UHGV virus genome: UHGV-0355879
Origin: a virus
Strand: one strand, 5' to 3'
DNA: 10,288 nt
The notes under the pieces are model-generated. The model made no database searches, had not been told where the DNA came from, and saw only the letters and a program-made list of their open reading frames with translations. Position 1 is the stretch's first letter, and each line of letters opens with the position of its first letter. The position numbers and the translations under genes are program-made. Of the stretch, positions 7,742 through 10,288 are shown piece by piece.

Positions 7742-8101
7742 TTAAGAGGTGAAGAATGGACGGCATACGAACCCTTTGGATTCGAGCGTGGTGATAGCTG
7801 CGGCGTGATTAGCTGCGTGCAGGTTGTCGGCTTTCAGTGCTACGAAGCTGCCAACATTAGGCGCACGTAGGACATTCACGGTTTTACCGTCGCCAGCACT
7901 CACGAAATCACTTACCACCACAAAGGCATCATCGCCGGAGGTGTATAGAGCGCCATCAGCGCCGATAACATCGCCGCATTCAATATCTGCTGGCAGGTCG
8001 AAAACACGGCCTTCTACGACTGCAAAAGAATCAGTGGCGTAGCTCACTACGTCAGTGAAACTCTTACGAATTGGGAAAAGTTCGGTTAGGTCTACAATCA
8101 T
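7742..8101 (-). CDS. Head decoration protein-like (lambda gpD-like, tentative)
   Basis: 119-aa beta-rich, Gly/Val/Ala/Asp-rich ORF immediately upstream of the capsid gene (stop 7742, capsid ATG 7725). Start overlaps the preceding ORF stop (ATGA at 8098..8101). Confidence 0.45.
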   Translation of the reverse strand: MIVDLTELFPIRKSFTDVVSYATDSFAVVEGRVFDLPADIECGDVIGADGALYTSGDDAFVVVSDFVSAGDGKTVNVLRAPNVGSFVALKADNLHAANHAAAITTLESKGFVCRPFFTS

Positions 8102-8313
8102 TGTTGTTTGATTTCCTTGGATTTGATTGCGATCCGTTCCTGCATACTAAGTTGAGGTGTGTCCTCAGAAGGGAAATACTGGTCTACAGCTTTTTCTATT
8201 TCTTCAACGGTACATCCTGCCATTTCAGCCACTTTAGCTATTAACTCAGGATTAACTTGAATCACTTCGGATTTGTATTTTAGGATTCGGTCGCGATTGT
8301 TTATTAAGAACAT
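8098..8313 (-). CDS. Hypothetical protein (71 aa), first gene of the head operon
   Basis: ATG at 8313 preceded by AAGGAA with a 7-nt spacer; stop coupled to the next gene by an ATGA overlap. Confidence 0.5.
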   Translation of the reverse strand: MFLINNRDRILKYKSEVIQVNPELIAKVAEMAGCTVEEIEKAVDQYFPSEDTPQLSMQERIAIKSKEIKQQ

Positions 8314-8384
8314 TGTGTTGTTCCTTCGCGTTATAACTGCGTTTATCCTTCCATTAATAACGGAAGTGTTACATGCAGATTGTT

Positions 8385-8406
8385 AAAAAGGGGCGATTAA
8401 GCCCCT
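8385..8406 (-). terminator. Intrinsic terminator / attenuator upstream of the head operon
   Basis: Stem AGGGGC (8389..8394) / GCCCCT (8401..8406), loop GATTAA; read on the minus strand it is followed by TTTT (plus-strand A-run 8385..8389). Lies about 75 nt upstream of the 71-aa gene start. Confidence 0.45.
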
Positions 8407-8932
8407 GGAGAATATGCCCTTGTTAGAAAGCATTCTGTTAAAATCATTTTCGTTTCGGAGGATTATGATGTTAAAGAAAGGTTTCTTGAAAAAATGAAGG
8501 GCGCAACTGTTACGAATAACAGAAGTAGGATCGCCCGTCATTGCTCCCACTTCAAAACAGAAGCCCTTCTGTCATGGCGAGAAGTGGGAATGGAATTTCT
8601 TATCACCCTGGAATAGTAATAAGAGATTGCCAGCCTGAACGTAACTACCACTGACGGCGTTTATTCAGTCTGACTGCTTATAATCCTAACGGGGTTATAA
8701 GGTTTAGAGCACGGAATATGCTCTCTGAAAGAGAATGTGCGCGGTGATTGTTCGTTACCACCCGACACAAGTGGGAACGCCCGCGCCACCCTTTGGAACT
8801 AAACACAACAAAGGAAAACAACCAGCTTTCAGAGAGGATATTCAATGGGAGAGAGCGCCGCCTATGGGAAACGGCATTCTCAGGGAGTGCGTATTGTTAT
8901 ACGAGGGTGGAGTGATTCTAATACCTACCCTA
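8407..8932 (-). ncRNA. Candidate long untranslated leader or non-coding transcript (hypothetical)
   Basis: Roughly 525 nt between a near-consensus promoter (8939..8967) and a terminator (8385..8406), no minus-strand ORF of 65 aa or more. Contains several stem-loops: two-tier hairpin 8545..8589, hairpin 8677..8701, hairpin 8706..8724, hairpin 8739..8786. A 9-bp direct repeat AAGTGGGAA (8582..8590, 8769..8777) sits in two of the stems. Confidence 0.2.
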
Positions 8933-8938
8933 TAACTT

Positions 8939-8967
8939 ATTATGACACAAATAGCACAATATGTCAA
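8939..8967 (-). promoter_or_regulatory. Sigma70-type promoter on the minus strand (-35 TTGACA, 17-bp spacer, -10 CATAAT)
   Basis: Minus-strand TTGACA (plus 8962..8967), exactly 17 nt of spacer, then CATAAT (plus 8939..8944). Lies 16 bp downstream of the stop of the 113-aa gene and points toward the head operon. Confidence 0.45.
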
Positions 8968-8982
8968 GATATTTCGTAATAT

Positions 8983-9321
8983 TTATGTTATAGCGCATTC
9001 TTCCGCGATCTGGATGGCAAGCTCTCCGAGTTCAACGGTGATGTGTTCCATAGCGAGGGCAAGCTCCTCCATATCATTGGCAATGCGCCACGCCTGATCC
9101 ACGGTGACGGTATCCCCGTTCATCTGCACCAGGTGCTCTACAGCAGCATTCCAGTGTTCAAGGGCGGTGATTGCCTGTTCAGTGTATTGCAGCGCTTCCA
9201 GGAGCGCGGAGGGCGTTCTCTCACACCACGCCCTATTAACAAGCCACAGGGCTGGTAGATGCCAAATATCGTGGAAATAGTTAATTAGGGTGTTCATGGT
9301 GTCCATAGTTTTATTATTCAT
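8983..9321 (-). CDS. Hypothetical acidic helical protein (113 aa)
   Basis: Shortened from track ORF 8983..9468. ATG at 9321 is preceded by AAGGAA with a 7-nt spacer (as for the 71-aa gene) and overlaps the upstream gene's stop (ATGAATAA), whereas the 161-aa form would overlap that gene by about 155 nt. Confidence 0.5.
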   Translation of the reverse strand: MNNKTMDTMNTLINYFHDIWHLPALWLVNRAWCERTPSALLEALQYTEQAITALEHWNAAVEHLVQMNGDTVTVDQAWRIANDMEELALAMEHITVELGELAIQIAEECAIT

Positions 9322-9697
9322 TGTTGTTTTCCTTGTCGTCAAAGAGAATATCAAAATCTTGTATGTGGTGAGATAAGCCGTTAGTTTGGGAATACCCCAC
9401 CCAGTCAACATAGTTTTCTGCGTATAGCTGCCACTTCTTAAGATTCGATGAATCAACACGGTATTCACGGCGGCGGCGTGGTTTATAGAAGACGTTATCC
9501 GAAGATGCTAAAACATCCTGCAATAGTTCAAACTCTGCCCCTACGGGCACCGTTGCAGGGTATTCTATTATTTCGGTGATCCATTCTCCTGGAATAGACT
9601 CTCGTGCGAGGTCTTGTAGAGAAGAGGTGTATTTACGTTTGCTGGCGCGAGTGGCTTTTTCGATTCTAACAATGTTACTTCGTTCTTTTCGTCCCAT
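9314..9697 (-). CDS. Hypothetical protein (127 aa)
   Basis: ORF with GAGGA RBS upstream of ATG at 9697; basic N-terminus (MGRKERSNIVRIEKATRASKRKY), acidic C-terminus; stop coupled to the next gene. Confidence 0.5.
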   Translation of the reverse strand: MGRKERSNIVRIEKATRASKRKYTSSLQDLARESIPGEWITEIIEYPATVPVGAEFELLQDVLASSDNVFYKPRRRREYRVDSSNLKKWQLYAENYVDWVGYSQTNGLSHHIQDFDILFDDKENNNE

Positions 9698-9710
9698 TCA
9701 TTCCTCGTAG

Positions 9711-9797
9711 AGGGAAACTTCCGTGTTTTCTCGTTAATGTCCATACTGCGTAAAATGCAAATAACCAATACATAGCGATGATCATAAAAGTTTCCCT
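9711..9797. repeat. Perfect 10-bp inverted repeat AGGGAAACTT ... AAGTTTCCCT flanking the promoter region of the 127-aa gene
   Basis: Arms at 9711..9720 and 9788..9797, perfectly complementary, 67 bp apart, in the intergenic region between the wHTH-like gene and the 127-aa gene. Confidence 0.3.
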
Positions 9798-9806
9798 ATT
9801 GTGTGT

Positions 9807-10091
9807 TTAGAAATTAGAGTAGATAAATTCTACATTGTCTCGTTCGATGTGTTTCAGCGTGAATGATAGATAATGGCTTTCATCGTCGATATCGATCACA
9901 CCAATGTTGCGCAGCGCACGAAGCCAGAATCTGATCCCGTTATCACTTACACTGGATTTATCAGATAGCTCTCCGTAAGAAATTTTAGTTTTTCTGCCCT
10001 TCCAGAACCAGATAAGCGCATAATAAACGCCCTTCCCGCTATCGTTGATCTGTATCTGGTTTGTGTTGTTCAATTTTATGTATTGTATCAA
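9807..10091 (-). CDS. Putative winged-helix DNA-binding regulator (94 aa)
   Basis: TTG start at 10091 with strong AGGAGG RBS 5 nt upstream; GISYGELSDKSSVSDNGIRFWLRALRNIGVI resembles a winged-HTH recognition region. Family not identified. Confidence 0.45.
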   Translation of the reverse strand: MIQYIKLNNTNQIQINDSGKGVYYALIWFWKGRKTKISYGELSDKSSVSDNGIRFWLRALRNIGVIDIDDESHYLSFTLKHIERDNVEFIYSNF

Positions 10092-10104
10092 TTAGTCCTC
10101 CTGA

Positions 10105-10288
10105 TTAGTTCCAGTGGCGTTGTATTGTGGCGATCCCTTTCTTCATTAGTTCAGCCGTTTGTCTTTGGGTCAATCCTTTGGATTTGTGTTCCTGTACTTC
10201 TTTACGGGTGTTGTTACCTTTAACTTTCTTTCTCACTTTCCCAAATTTCAGACATTCAATCTTTGCTCCAGGGAAATAATGCTCTTTG
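10105..10288 (-). CDS. C-terminal part of a protein ending in an HTH-like segment (N-terminus beyond the right window edge)
   Basis: Minus-strand frame open from the window edge to TAA at 10105..10107; translates ...KEHYFPGAKIECLKFGKVRKKVKGNNTRKEVQEHKSKGLTQRQTAELMKKGIATIQRHWN. The final 25 residues resemble a short C-terminal HTH. Not in the ORF track because it runs off the edge. Confidence 0.45.
   Translation of the reverse strand, partial: KEHYFPGAKIECLKFGKVRKKVKGNNTRKEVQEHKSKGLTQRQTAELMKKGIATIQRHWN

Noticed and set aside
8400-8935. Short ORFs in the leader region, including plus-strand 8735..8935 (66 aa), plus-strand mini-ORFs of 10 to 40 codons near 8410..8620, and a 59-codon minus-strand ORF ending in the terminator
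   Set aside because: None has a convincing start context and protein-like composition together; the region is dominated by stem-loops and promoter/terminator signals. Translation of a small peptide cannot be excluded without ribosome profiling.
8983-9468. Full 161-aa form of the ORF ending at 8983
   Set aside because: It would overlap the upstream 127-aa gene by about 155 nt in another frame; the internal ATG at 9321 has an AAGGAA RBS and a stop/start overlap, so the 113-aa form is preferred.
9568-9768. 66-aa minus-strand ORF overlapping the 127-aa gene start and its promoter region
   Set aside because: Out of frame with and largely inside the better-supported 127-aa gene; no RBS; spans the inverted-repeat regulatory region.
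1-10288. CRISPR array, rRNA or tRNA genes
   Set aside because: No regularly spaced direct repeats of 24-48 bp were seen, and no sequence with rRNA or tRNA cloverleaf hallmarks; the only notable repeats are the short inverted and direct repeats reported above.

Overview
This window looks like a mosaic of mobile-element DNA, transcribed almost entirely on the minus strand. All product calls rest on motifs read by eye; no database search was possible.

Left end: a P4-family tyrosine integrase (1143..2327, -) whose stop overlaps by 8 nt the start of an AT-rich reverse-transcriptase gene (1..1150, -, running off the window edge). There is no room for an upstream ncRNA, so this is more likely an Abi/DRT-type RT than a retron. 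It sits in the integrase-proximal cargo position that P4-like satellites use for defence genes, and is the strongest candidate for an undescribed system here.

A 322-bp divergent junction (2328..2649) separates it from a second, unrelated tyrosine integrase (2650..3864, +), which ends at a GC-rich bidirectional terminator.

Right of that lies a phage-like block on the minus strand: an AT-rich module of two small genes; a 623-aa coiled-coil/Gly-rich protein (tape-measure-like, tentative); a head decoration-like plus lambda-E-like major capsid pair in a tightly coupled operon; a roughly 670-bp ORF-poor, stem-loop-rich region with a near-consensus sigma70 promoter and an intrinsic terminator upstream of the head operon; and several small regulatory-looking genes (winged-helix/HTH).

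No rRNA, tRNA or CRISPR array was recognised.
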